From Catajapyx aquilonaris (taxonomy: Eukaryota), in NCBI GenBank assembly GCA_000934665.2, contig JYFJ02001984.1, positions 1-64,000 of the forward strand: a stretch of DNA of 64,000 nucleotides, written 5' to 3'. Positions 41,601-55,314 of the stretch are shown here, one piece after another (positions within the stretch are counted from its first letter, which is position 1; every line of letters starts with the position of its first letter). Position numbers and translations under genes: made by a program. The notes beneath the pieces were generated by a model. The model had not been told where the DNA came from. It was given only the letters and a program-made list of their open reading frames with translations, and made no database searches.

Positions 41601-44600
41601 AGTACTGCAAACATTTTGTTATTCCGTTCTCTCGAATACGGCCGGTCCTGAAGAGAGGACGAATTAGAGAATGAGTATGGGGAGGAGGGGGTGCTGAGTT
41701 CCCCAAGAATTGGACTCGTTAACTGTAGCAGAAAAGGCCCCTAGGTCCTAAGGAAAATCTCCAGTGAAGCAGTTTCCTTGATCCCGAAGCTTCTGAAGCG
41801 AATCCTGCCGGGAATAAACATGAAACCCCGGAAAGCAAAGCCGCCACCCAAGGTATCGGGGAGTGCGCTCTTCCATATATTGTTACGCTATTTTATTAAA
41901 GGGTTCCACCCATTAGCATTATGTTGTCTACACACTAGCCTTCTAAACCTGTCAGCTATTTACACATTGTAAATCAGCCGAATAAATGGCGCGTTCATTA
42001 TGACCGTCGCTTATTGCAGCGTATTTAGGCAGGCTGCAGCATCAATACCGCTCTTTATGGCCGAAAATGCTTTATGAGTAATGTTAATAGAATCATTTTG
42101 CGAGCTTGATAGGCGATAAAACCGCATATGAAGGTCCCTTGGTGCATTGCGCCGACATTTTGCGCCGGACTTGACGGGGCCGGTCACGATTTTTGAAAAT
42201 TGTGCACACCTTCAACGGCCACTGGGTACAAATCACACCTCCATCAGATATTTGGCGATTTTCGCTTGGATCATCAGAAAGCATTTTGGCGAATCTGGTC
42301 CGGATCTAACGGGGCTTCCCCGGGTCCTAGAGCAGCGCACCCTCCAGATTTATTCCACGCCATTAAAGAGGACGGCAAATTACCTTCGCGGCCAAGAGTC
42401 ACGCAACCTAAACTCAGAGACACCCTGGATTATTTTCCTAGGGACACGCTTCAGTTTGATGATGTTTCAAACTATCCGGGGATTCTCCCCTCTATTCGGC
42501 TCCCCCTGCATAAAATCCCCATTCCGGATCATTACTGGGTATCTAGGAAGGAGGAGGCGGAGGGGGGGGGGGGCGATGGCGAAAAGGGGATTTTCTGGAC
42601 GCTGTCTCCCGAATAAAAGGATTCCGGAGACGGCCGATCCTCTATCCTTATAGGAGTCTTTATTAAGCCCCAGCCATCTCATCTGCTTTCCCTGCACAAC
42701 CTTTTTCCGGCGGAAGGATCGTGGCTTCAGGGGAAAGACTGTCAGGACGCTTGGCAAACATCGGGATCAAGCCTCGGGCCTAGAACTTTTTTTTTTAAAA
42801 AAAAAAAAGGAGAGAAGGGTAGAAATTGGACGTTTGGGGGATACAAGTTTGTATAGGCACACAGGTGATGCGAGGGTGCTTCATTTGAAAATTCACAACT
42901 AGGTTTTTCCCCCCAGTCTCTACTCAGCTCTTTGGCACGAGTGACGACCCTGGACGCTCAATCTGGCCACGTTTCTTCTCCGACCCCCTTTTCCCTCAGA
43001 TTGCGACACGTGCAAGCAACATTCTTCAAATCCTTTCGCTGGCAAATTCGCATTCCACTTCCATCTCCCTCTTCCCCCCCGTCCTAAAAAAGGAAGGGTC
43101 CCCCCTTTTCTCTTTTTCACAGTCCCCTTACGAATCAAGAAAGATATTACCAGCTAAGGATCCTAACTTTTTTTCCATTTTTTTTTCCTTTTTCACGCAT
43201 GCCTCAGTCAAAGCCTGGGTGACAGCTGATACATTATGCAGGTAGGGGTGGCAAGACTGAAGGGAATAGTGGAGAGGTGGGAGGCAGGGAAAGTGGGGGA
43301 AGGAGGGGGTGTCCCATGAGGGCCTAGGTTGCTATCAACAACAAGCTTCGTGCATTAGAGGTCGCTTGTGGTTAGCATTTACAGCGAGGGGCATGACAGT
43401 CATGCAACAGTTAGAACTGAATTTTAATCTGCCTCTCGCCAATTCAACTTCAACGTGTGACTGAATTCGCGATTGTTCCTCGACAACACTAGGGAACAAG
43501 CCCACAAAAAGTGGGGGAGTGGATAGAGGGGGGACTAATTAGGACCAAAATTTCGGCAGGGCTATTATGGCCTGGGAGTGGACAACACCCCCCATTTTAT
43601 CCCCCCTGGCGAGATAGTGTTCCGGTTGATTTAATCAATCCGGATTGCATATTGATGCTAGAGAAGAATGCTCTCCCCCGCTAGATAATTCCAGGACAAT
43701 ACCTCGTGCTATTGGTCCAAGTGACCTCAAGTGTGATGATTGACTTCAGCTGGAAGCTCTCCGACAATTTGAGCCAAATTTCGCACGCATGGACCGGCAT
43801 ATGCACCATTGATTTTTATTGCGCTGACAAATGAAACGTTGGCCATGTATAGAAGTGAGCATGGAATATACCAAGTGCTTCTCATCTCTGAAAGAACCGT
43901 TCCAAAATCCTCTCTGTCGTCCACGCCTCGAAAAAAAAATCATGTTTGCCATCATATTTTATGGAGGAAGTAAAATTTTACAAGGGTACAAATCCCGTTT
44001 TATGACGAGATAGGTTGCGTCACGTGAGATGGTTTTTCTAGCGTAAAGATGAGATTTTTTATGCTTTCGATGGGCAGTTTTGATGGGAAAACTAAGAGAT
44101 CGTTGACGACCTACTTGTGAAAAACGAGCCTAAATATAAATTTCAAGTTTGCCTACTAGGAAATCTGAATAGAAAATGGTACATATGTACATGGCAACGA
44201 GATCACTGTACAGAATTGTCCAGGCAAAGTCTGCCTTTCCCACTTCCTCGTTCTGCACAGCTTATCTGCATATAATTAACATTCATCAAAGGGTTTATTC
44301 CCCAGCAGTTCCATCTTGGTACAAGGGTGGCAACCCCTTCTGCTCATAAGTGGAAAGAGGAACCGGGGAAAAAAGGCAATTTCCTCCCAGGCAAAAGGTA
44401 GTCCGTGCGACGAAAGGCAAAAATAAAGGTAGCTATCTCCCAAGACTGGTAATTATCGGAAAAAGCACCCCATTGAACCGAAGCCCTGTGTTTCTCTCAC
44501 TGAGAAAGAGATGGGGGGGAGGCGGTTTACGCTTAGGCGGCCATTGTAAAGTAGAGTTAGGGGCCGAGGGGTCCAGGCTATGACTTGCCCAAGTCCTCCT

Positions 44601-45221
44601 TGTTAGGTTGTTCAATATCGAGTAATTGGCGTTTACTGCCTGGAGGGAGGAAGAGGCGTCGTGGAGAAAATTGCAAGGACCTTAGGGGATGCTTCTCCGC
44701 TCTCTTTCTCTCTCTGTGTTTCTCTGATGAACAAAATGTCCTTTTGGGAACTACTTTTATGTGACTGATACACTACTCTGTCGCTCAGACAACTGTTGCA
44801 CTTGTTTTAAACAAAGAACCAAATGCAATGCTACATTTACTCTACTGATATAGAAGAGTCCAGTAATAATGAATGGTATTTCGCTTTCTATCCATTTGAA
44901 GTATTGTAGCACCAAATGATTTTGGATATCTGCTTAACCTATACAATGGTTTGTAGTCAGTAGAGTAATGTTTTTGTAAATGAATGAAACCAAGAGCTCT
45001 TGGTGAAACGTAGGCTAAATTAAGTATGTTGTTAATAAACTATGCTTAAGAGTAGGCCTATACTTGTTTGGGGATCGTGAAGTAGTTTACCATTATTTAT
45101 TATGGGGATTGTTATACTGTATTACATTTGAACGTAAAGTGTGTGAAATGTTTTTTGAAAGCAAAATAACTTGCGTCTCCTTTTTCATCATTGACTATAC
45201 CCATTTTATAGGTAAAGGCAA

Positions 45222-45260
45222 TGTTGTTGTTGTTGTTGATGATGATGATGATGATGATGA
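45222..45260. repeat. Compound (TGT)n(GAT)n microsatellite
   Basis: Direct reading. Confidence 0.9.
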
Positions 45261-47827
45261 TAACGATTTAAATGAAACTTTGATCAAACAGGAGGAAAAA
45301 TTACTCTTAAATATTGCGGTAATTTAAAGAGAAATTCACAGAAAACAGTATTTCCAGTGCATATACCATACAGACTAGAAACCACGAGAAACCACTCAAA
45401 TTGAGCAATGAACGCTCAAAATAATTTAGAGCGTGCTACCGTACGTGATAAATACGGAAGGAAAACTGTCACTGCACTCTTGTTTGGAGGACAGTTCATT
45501 AAACACCAAAGTTGGTACATTCTCAAGGGCATGATTTCTTATCAACGATAATATTATAATCGCCCAGAAACATTGCCTAAACACTACATCTCCATTCAAC
45601 GGGGCCGTAATAAATCCTAGTTTAGGTTCACCGTTTCCCAAAATCGCAGGGAGTGCTCACATTTGTCTCGCGCTAATTGAGTGCACCTGACGCGCTCCCT
45701 TTGCCCCTATTAATTACGAGCTATTTTCTCACAATCAGCCTCGTATATTCGCACTAACAAACGGCCCCTCTTTTACCTAGGTTTACCAAGAAGAGTCTCA
45801 AAGGCTGTATACAGTAACCGCATAGAATTATATGGCATGCATGAATAGGTTTAATTTCATGGATTCCAGAAGTAACATGTACTGTACATTCGTCATGTGA
45901 ATCAAAGCAACTTTTGCTCACTTTTGTTTCCATTTTTTCACCTTTAGGCTTTTGTTAGCTTTGAACTTCGAGAACAAAAAAAATGAAGCAAAGATTCATC
46001 AAACTAAAAGCAGGGAGTATTCACAAAACCTGAAGCAATATCGACTCATATAGCTGCGACTTATTGCCACTATTTTAATTTCCCTCTCTGTTTCCCGGCT
46101 TTGTTTGCTTGACGCTACCTATGCCTGATAAACAAAGCTTCATTACCGAAAGCTTCACAAAAGCCACTTCAATTATTCCTAAAAGGGGAGGGGGGTTGGT
46201 TCATTTTGAGCTAATTAAAATCAATTAATTTACAAACCCCCGCATGAACTAGCCCTATTCCAGGCCCGGAAGAGTTTGATTCCTGGTTTTATACCAAGAG
46301 GGATAATAAGAAGCTGGTTAAATACTGTCCCAGGAGAAAAAGTAGGAAAAGTTTGGGGAGGCATATACTGCATGCCAACGGGGTCCTCTCACTTTAATGA
46401 TGGGCTTCACTGACTTTTATGAGCTAAATCCAGGCCGATAAAAAAGGTGCAATTATGTCATGAATTACAATCTCGAGGGGCTTTCTTTTTGGGCTGGCAG
46501 AAAAGTGTCGTATCATCTTAACTTTCATTACCGCATAAAAATTCGCCAAACTATTTGCTGGAGAGGAAATCTGATCATGTCTTGCTAAGAGGTCGCGCTT
46601 ACGCCCTGACTGCATCAAGGTAATCATCGCGGAGTCAAGAAATTGCCGATAAGTTCACAAAACGCAATATGTGCGATATCAGTCCAAATGCTAGTGCATC
46701 AAAAGAGAGAAATGGGCAATAATTCAGGAACACTGTCGCGACTTTTTACAGCAATATCATTGCCTTAGCACTAAACCGTCCAGATTTACTGATGGAATTA
46801 GAGCGTAACAAAGTTATTGCCAAATTACGCCTGAATTGGAGACCGTTATCGTTCCTAAGGTATATCCTTAAGTAAACTGCTCTAACTTGAAAGTAATAAA
46901 TGTAGACAGTAAATAGATACACGAGGTACTACAAAACGGTAACTGTCGTAGTGCGCGGCAAGTTACCTCCAAATCTGATTATTTACAAGTTGTCCTTATA
47001 CTAACGAGACAAACCCAAACACAGTAACTGGTAAAGAGACTTATTGCGGGGAAGGGGTGGGGAGGAACCGGTAATGACCATCTACACTCCAGTCTCTCCA
47101 TTACGTTAATGAGTTTTAAAAGCTGTATAAGGCACGAGTCAGTTGGCTATATATGAATACCCTTCCAGCGCAGTTAAAAATAGAAGCCATCGTGAATAAT
47201 TCAGTTTGAGTAAAATGTACTTTGAGCCCTATATGTCATGATGCTTCACACCCTCTGTATACTACATGCATAATATTATGCTACATTAGCTATAGCAATC
47301 TAAAAATCGCTGAGAACCACTGTTCAATCTCAATAATTCTTTTTACCTTTCCAAACTTTACAAGTTGCCCTCCCTTCAGTCCCAACGGTCAGATTATTGA
47401 TTACATAGGGCTTCAGATAACACTCCCCAGTTCTTATCATTATAGGCAATTACTTCTCATTAAAGGCAAGATACACATGGGCTTTTGGATGTTATGCTCC
47501 AGGCCCTTCCTGATACTCCCCAAGAAGCCGCTTGAATGGGGGGAAGGCTAACTTCTGCTCCGTGTTATCGTTGACAGCTACCATGAGATTGCTCGTGATG
47601 TACGGTACTGGGCCAGCAGATTTTCAAACTCTGGTGCAGAAAGGGATAGAAACTATTAGGTTTCCACAATCCTCCTAGTCAGTAAGTCAGGATTAGTAGG
47701 CTTAATTGCGTCAAGTCTGGGCTACATGATTCTGGCGTGTAACGTTCACCTGATGTAGGGGACGAATTCGGTGAGTTGAGAAAGGCTGGCAGTTTTATCG
47801 AATCAGTCACTTCAATAATACAAATCC

Positions 47828-48275
47828 ACCGAAGCAAGTTGGTGGAGTGGATAAGGCGTCCGACTGCTAATCGGGAGGTCCTGGGTTCGAGGAGTCCCGG
47901 TGCCGGCGATCCTGGCCGTGGTTTTCTGTGGTTTCCCACGGTCCTCCCAGGAAAATTCCGGGGTCGCTTCCGTAAATAATAGGCCACAGCCGCCGGCCTT
48001 CCTTTGTTTCCTATCCTTGACCCATCCATGGGGAGGTGCGGTGTCGGTGGGGTTTCTGACCCACACCTAGGGAATTGTCTTGCAACCTGACCCCCTAGGG
48101 GACTGCACACGACCCCCAACATTAAGACAACGCACTTGCGCCAGTGTCCCCTCCTCACAAATCTCTATCCTGATCCCTGCACCGGAGAGAAAAATGCGAA
48201 AGAAAATTCGTAAGAAAAAATGGTGGTATTCCACCCCCCTAAGGGAGCCAATGGCTCCACACGGGATAGCAAATT
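47828..48275 (+). mobile_element. tRNA-derived SINE, family A, near full length
   Basis: A box TGGTGGAGTGG, tRNA-like GGATAAGGCGTCCGACTGCTAATCGGGAGGTCCTGGGTTCGA, body shared with the 59545 and 860 copies, tail AAAAATGGTGGTATTCCAC; followed by (AAT)n; no tRNA 3' acceptor stem. Confidence 0.85.
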
Positions 48276-48277
48276 TT

Positions 48278-48290
48278 AAATAATAATAAC

Positions 48291-48368
<78 letters not shown>

Positions 48369-48419
48369 TTTTTGCATTACCCCACGGGGGGTAATGCCTA
48401 AGTTCCTTAGGGGGGGTGG

Positions 48420-48502
<83 letters not shown>
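48278..48502. repeat. (AAT)n microsatellite in two tracts (48278-48368, 48420-48502)
   Basis: Direct reading; it explains the poly-I and poly-Y ORFs in the track. Confidence 0.95.
48371..48420 (-). mobile_element. Tail-only fragment of the same SINE/LINE 3' end, inside an (AAT)n tract
   Basis: Minus strand TCCACCCCCCTAAGG...GTGGGGTAATGCAAA resembles the shared tail. Confidence 0.55.
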
Positions 48503-51499
48503 CCAAATTAAGTATAACACAACTATTAAAATAAAAATAGGAAAATACTTAACTAAAGTCAATAACACAGACGAATGAAATTGCTCAATCCAATATTGCT
48601 TACGTGACTTGTTCCCGGAAAAAAAACGGCAATGATTGAGGGCTCCATTGCTATGCACCTTCTGAACTGCCTGGTCTCATCAGCAGTCATGATTTGCATG
48701 CTTTGGCATGGTTAGGAATTAAGACAATCGTGTTTCCATGCACGCATGCATTCAGAGCTTGACATTTGGATGCCGGAATAAGGCTTTAGATACACGAATG
48801 CATAGTTGCATCTATGAACCAGGTGAAATTCAATCGAAATGCGACTCTGCACGGTCCACACAAGCCTCTTCTGCATAAAGAACCAGAGGAATTCCTTCCA
48901 CGTTGGAATTCGAGTCTAAATTGGACTGGCAGAGACATTTGCCATCCTCAACTCTCATAAACGACAATATAATTTTGAGCCAACACAGAGAGGGTATTTC
49001 GTATCTCCGTCGTCCTCACAACAACTGCCGTGCCTGTGCTCCAGCATACACAGAGACGTATGAGCGTCAATAGATTATATCCGGGGGGTTTAGGAGGCAA
49101 AAAGGCATCCAACTCCCTCCTCTCTGCCCCAAAGGTGGTTTTGGATAGCCCCGGATTTTCCCTAACCGGGAAACCCAGATGGAAACGCCGAGAAGCCTGC
49201 GGTTGCGAGGTTTTACAGCCTGATTTGGGATTGGATTTAGGAAGGTGGAAACTGCCATTTGCATTCCGACCTTGTGACCTGTGGTGTATCAGGTGCTGTA
49301 AGTCGGGCTTTATATTAGATAGCGCCTGCATAGGCTAGCCAACTAATTCACAAAAAAGGGACAATTAATGGGCTGTTATAAACGTACTGGAGTGTTCAGA
49401 AAAGAAAATTGATGTCACATTAATAAAGAATGAACATATTCTCGGATCCATTTTGTGCTGTTTCACTACATGGCACTATATGTGCATTACCACAGAGAAA
49501 TGAATATTCATACGGTCGTGTAAGTCTGTGGTTCAAACTGCAGAACGTTAACCAAACGGAATAATTCATCGCTCCAGTATGCTGGCTTTATTATCTTCTC
49601 CAATGCCCATCATGCTTGGGAAAAATTTGCCGACTCGCCATTCGCAACAAAATCCAGTGAAAACTTCTCTAATGATGACCTATGCAATTCCGGGCTGCCT
49701 GCCCAGCAGCTACATGGTCCCCGGTCTAAAAAAAAAAATGTGCGTTTCAAACGCAGGATTAGCGGGGAGCTTCACGTTCCAAGAATTAGCATGTTAAAAA
49801 GTGCTGTGCATTATCCGTAATGAAGGGCCTCAAGAGAACTGGAGTGATGCACTCCATACGAAATGCTACTTTCCCTCCATTTCCAGCAATTAAGACACAA
49901 AATGCGGTGCGGACTATACATTGCAACTAGATACAAGCATGGAAACCAAAATAAGCATGGATCCAGCCTACTGACCAGAGTCCAAAATTTGGATAGCCTG
50001 AAATTTCCCGGGAGACTAGGAAAATGGAGCCAAGTGGTCGGAAGAGGTATAAAGTCGGCTGGAAACGGGTTTAAAAAATTTCGGAGCCATTGAGAGTGTG
50101 TGAAAAACATTCCAGGCAGTATGGGCAACTCGAGTGCAACCGTGAAATAGAAAACTGCGGCGACAACTGCCGAGTCTTTCCGTGACATTCTTTCCTAAGG
50201 GCTTTTTTCCCTTCCGCACTGGAATGTTCCGTAGAGACAAAACCGGCAAAAGAAACTCCGGCTTGTAGTCCAAACGACAAGGCAGTCGACATCTGTCGCT
50301 CTCTTTTACCAAGCCTTAAGGTTCGTTCACAAAGATGAGAAAAACACTGACTCTATAGCGTGGATTCTACAATCGACATTCGCTTTAAAGCAAGCTTCAC
50401 AGCTCAACAAACTTTAAACATTGAGTGTTAGTCCAGGTTGGTCGCATTCAAGTTAAGCAATGATGTCGTCGCCATACAAGTAAAATCCAAAAAATCAGTG
50501 TCAGGATAATTATTGAAGGTAAACATGCTAATGAATACGCAGAAAATCCTGGCTTTCCAGCTAATTTTGAATCTTGAGGACTAAATAACTGAAACCGACC
50601 AAATTGAACAGTGGATTTCACTTCCATGCCCACGATAACGTTGCTAACTTGCTAAATAGAGAAACAGGGTGTCCAAGTTCGTGGGTCGTTTATAGTTATC
50701 ACTGATATCGCCCGTAGCAGTTATTTTTGTGTAGCTTCTTGTGCCCCGATCCAGGTGCCCCATTACTCCCAGGTGGTCGAATGCAGAAGTTTTAATAGAA
50801 TAGAGCAGCTGGTCAGGGGCACAACAAGCTACAGAAAATAACAGCTTCGAGCAAAAGGCCCCACGAACTAGGAACACCCTGCTGTATATTACAGAAATTT
50901 ACGTTTGAATGAATCAACCTCAGCTGGCAATAATTAGAGCAATAACATCTTAGTTTCCTAGCAAATTTAGGCTAGCATGTTTGTCCTCTGTGAAGCACCG
51001 TCATGTTGTATCATACATCCTCTGAACGGAAGAAGCCAAATTCCGATACGACTAGGGAGAGATCACTTTTCCCACGGGAAATATTGAACACTGCCTCCGG
51101 CTAGAGAATAACGATATTCCTTTTTTGGGATACATTCGCCGTCGTCATATGAAAAATTCCTACCTCGCACAGATTGGATGACTCATCCATATAGTTTGCG
51201 GTATACCTGGCAAATAACGTACTGACCGCCATGTTATTACCTCGGGAGAGCTCCCAGCTGCTGTTATTTCAGGCGCTGTCATCCCGAGGCGATAACTATT
51301 ATTTCCCATTATTACACTTATCTTATCTGCAGGACATTGCACGCGGCGCAGGCGGGAGAGCTCACTCTTTTTTCGATGCAGTCAAATGCACACGCGGTTT
51401 TCTGCCAACTGGCTCCTGGCGTCATATCTTGCAAAGTGTTCGGAAGCCGATAAGAACCAGCGGACCCCCCCCCCCCCNNNNNNNNNCCCCCCCCCCCCG

Positions 51500-51790
51500 C
51501 CATTTGCAAACGCGCCTTTGAAAAGGCGCCGCTGCCATATCGCGCCCAATTTAGCATTTTAGCGCCTAACCCCTGAGAGTCAGGCCGGGCGTGGGAAAAG
51601 GACGAGGAATCAGGAGGGCTACGTACAGCCCAATCAGTCCGCGGCATTTATTTGGTGCGTGCCACCGTCCGCTCTAATTAATCACCGGAGTCAATGACAC
51701 GGACCAATTAGATGGGTATAATTTGTTTTCTATTATTAACTCGGGTTGGGCGGGCGGGGCACGCCAGAGGCCAAGTGCGGCCACGCCAAT
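51500..51790. promoter_or_regulatory. Candidate CpG-rich promoter or enhancer
   Basis: Several CCAAT (about 51546, 51631, 51704, 51786), GC boxes GGGCGGGCGGGG (~51748-51759), octamer-like ATTTGCAA, TAATTAAT. Confidence 0.35.
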
Positions 51791-54700
51791 ACAACGCTCC
51801 AACGCCTCGTGCAATGAGCTTGTATAATCTTGGAGCACTTGATGTCATTGCTGCCGGACACAATGCAGGTTTTTTTTTGGCGAGTATGCGGCGAGGAATT
51901 TTTGTTACCTGAGTTATATGATGACTGGATCTGACGGTGTACCCTAGTAGTGTCCCGAATGATTGAAGTCAACGTGACGGCTCGATGTGCTTTATGGGTG
52001 TCGACACACATTTTTCCTTGCCAAGCTTAAAAGCGGGGTCCAAAAGAGAGCAGATGTAAGATGACGGGCAGACGTAAAAAGGTGGTAGGGCCGCCATTAG
52101 CAGGCTTCCTCTCAAGGCTCCGGAGGGGTTTTACCCGGAACCTGGTCAGCTTCCCGAACACTGCTTCAAGTTCCCCATTTTCAGGACAGCCCTCCCCCAA
52201 TCCCCTCCGGGCCCTAATGATGCCTGCGGGAATGGAGGTGGAGTAGAAGCCCAAAGAGTATGAGAGCAGGGGCTTTAGTGCTTTGCCACGTGATCGCTCA
52301 TCTTTCACCCCCCTGACTCTTCCTCAGACAAGACTCCCGAACGCCATCAATCTCGTCAGAGACAATACTTATTAGCTGCAATATAGGAGTGTATCGCAAA
52401 ACTGCAGGTTCAATTCATTGCCAGTCAGCATGGTGGGATTGGATTCGTTTGGCAGAAGCGCAAGAAGGAGGACAATGCCAGGAACAATGGCTGGGGCTGG
52501 AGTACAAAAAAGGAGAGAAAAGATTGCGTGGGGGAACCTTGACAGGGCCAGACTGGAAGAAAACGACAAGGAGTCAGGCTCAGCGATTAGTTCTCAGCGC
52601 CTACTCTAAATCTTCCTGACAGATTGCTCCTAACCCCATACTGTACAAAATATCATCTGGCCCTTATATGAAATTTGGACCGGAGTCAGCTGGACCCCAA
52701 CACGACATTGTTGATTAAAAAAAGAAACAAGTGATTTCTGAGCCTGCACGTGCCGTTACTGCCCAGATATTTAATCATTGCTTCCCGAGGGGATAACTCT
52801 CCCAACCTACTGCCTGCGGTCTATACACAGTGCAGTGCCTGTGGGGATTTACAATTGTAGTTTTATCAAATTAACCAACTGGGCTTGCATGAATGTTTCA
52901 AGTTGTAAACCTGAATCTTGGCTGAATGTGTTTCGGGCATTGTGTGCTGTCACGGTGAGAGGATTAGCATGTTAAAATGCGGATTATTTGTGGCACAGCG
53001 CTTGTATTGCAGCTGTCAGTTAAGTCGAGTCCACGTCGATTACCTATCGATTGATTAACGATGCGATTCAGGTGGGAGCAGGTAGAATTACCAATATTTA
53101 TGGGTCCCTCGGCATTGGGAGATTCGAAACATTCGGTACACGAATCGCCGAATCATGTAAATATCGTGATAAAGCATATCAACATTGATCGACGCAATCA
53201 ACCCCCCCTCATCACTATTTGTCGTCGTTATCACTCAACTCCCCCCCCCCCACCACCACCCCCTTTGACCCTTTTGACGAGGGGGGAAAGGGGTCACTTG
53301 TGTCACCTGGTGCCGACGAGATGAGGGGTGACGGTATGCAGTATTTTATGAAAGTGGAGGTAAGCAGATGTTCTTGACATGTTGTTTCCTCCCCCTCTCA
53401 ACCCAGCCCACCCCGTCCTCCCGACCAGGAAAGTCACTGGGGAAAGTGCCGAGATGAATGACTTTGCTGGATGTGTGAAGCAAGTAATTGGTTCCGACAT
53501 GGAGTTGAGAGATTGATGCAACTTTCCAAACCATAATCGATACGGTAACCCATTGAAATGACATGGTACTTATCACGTGTTATTCTGCCACCGGATGGGG
53601 ACCTAGGACATGAGTGATTATGCAGGCATATAACTGCCCACCCAAACCGATAACTCCTCGTAAACACTAAACAGAAACACACTCCCCGCACGTTCACCCA
53701 TTCCGGAATGAAATGAAACGACGCCGAGACGAAAAGAGGATCACTCTTAATCCTTGAAAATGGATGTCTTCCCCTTGGAAAAAATTAAAGTCGAAGGGGG
53801 CTGGGGTAGGGGGTGCAATTTCTTTCCATCTCCCTAATGGCCAGTCGACCCAGCAGCCCAGCTGGAAGTCTCTATTACCCAGCACCCAGAATTAGACTCC
53901 CGTTTGATTTGCAAGTCCCCAATAAAGTATGCAGGCCCGCACCTGTACACCTCGAGCGAATTATTTATTAATTTCCGTGGTGGTCTGCTGGAGGAAGTCA
54001 AGCCAAGGATGTCGCCATATCTCAGTCAGAAAAGGTAGCTTAAATGGAACGAATGGGCGGAGGATAATCCCTGCCAAAAGGCGGAGGCTTGTCGAGATCG
54101 TTCTCTTCCTTTTTGACTGCGCCTGCATCTCCCTTTGGGCCTATTTGTTATTCAAGTCATGTGCCCGGTAGAAGGGAATTCCCTCCGGTATATCGAAGAC
54201 AGTCACTACTAGGTCCGTATCCCCTCCTTGTCCATTAGAAAAACGACGCCTAATTGAAGTACACGTGTCCCTTTGAAGGCGAGAAGACTTTCCGGGACGT
54301 TGTATGGTAGTGGACTAGGCGCATTCCAAAGCCCACCCACACCCCCTCCGTCCTGGCTGCCTTTGAAGTGTACTCAGTAAAAGCTTCACGTCATGTCGTT
54401 TGAGCAGCCTAAGTCTCTCAAGTCAAAGGCGAGCGGGTTCATTATTTACCAGGACCCAGGCAGGTTGGCTGCCAGAAAGATGTCTTGCTTTGCAATGCAA
54501 GGACCGCGGCTACACTTGCCTCTACCTCCAAATTAGGCGATTGGGCTTTTCCATCTGATTCATCTCCGGTTGGGCCCAAATGGGACTACTAAGGTGGTCC
54601 TATTCCAATCCTGCTGCTGCTCTCAATTGGGGTGGGGATTAACAATCATTGTATCACATAGGGCCGGTTGCATAAACCAAGCAGGCCTAGACCAAGAACA

Positions 54701-54898
54701 AGTATAGTTGATCCCATGTTATCCATATCGGATTAATTGCGTGTTCAGGGTTTACCATCGTTTATGCAACACAGCCTTAATGAGCACTTAGCCTGCATGC
54801 CATTTATATTGACTGAAAATCCATTTATTCTTGTTCTTCATCTGTTTTGTTCCGTACACCCACAGACCAATATGATGACACATGAATATTAGTACTGT

Positions 54899-55314
54899 AT
54901 CCAAAATACTTGTCCGACTAATATGACTTTGTTGGTACTAACATACTGTAAGCGGCTCATTTTTCAACGGCTTATTTTGAACAGCCGTTACTTTAATGGT
55001 TATCAAAAGTATCATGCATCCGCTAATATTATGCAAAACTGAATCATCCATTCAAGCTCTGAAAGCAAAGCATTTCCGATTAAAATTGACCTAAATTTTT
55101 GCCATCTAGCGTCAAAGACATGACCAACTTTGCGCATGCCCAGACCCCCTTGCAGGCTTTAAAAAAGACGGGTACACGTAATCTAATATTAGCAGCTAAT
55201 TTTGATAATAATCATTAATAGCGACTATGAAAGGGTATATGATAAAAATAAATACTTGATAGTGTCAAGAAATTGTCATATCAATATTATTGGACAAGTA
55301 TTTTGGATTACCCT
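54899..55314. mobile_element. Tc1/mariner-like MITE, left terminus eroded
   Basis: Inverted pair ATCCAAAATACTTGTCC / GGACAAGTATTTTGGAT; right end TACCCTG-TA. Confidence 0.6.

Noticed and set aside
47828..47905. tRNA gene (Arg-like D arm, GCT anticodon loop)
   Set aside because: No acceptor stem or intact T arm; it continues into a repeat body with other copies, so it is a SINE head
48276..48658. Poly-Y and poly-I ORFs
   Set aside because: Translations of the (AAT)n microsatellite
51917..51978. C/D box snoRNA (ATGATGA...CTGA)
   Set aside because: Only 6 nt between the C box and the CTGA, no terminal D box or closing stem, and no host gene
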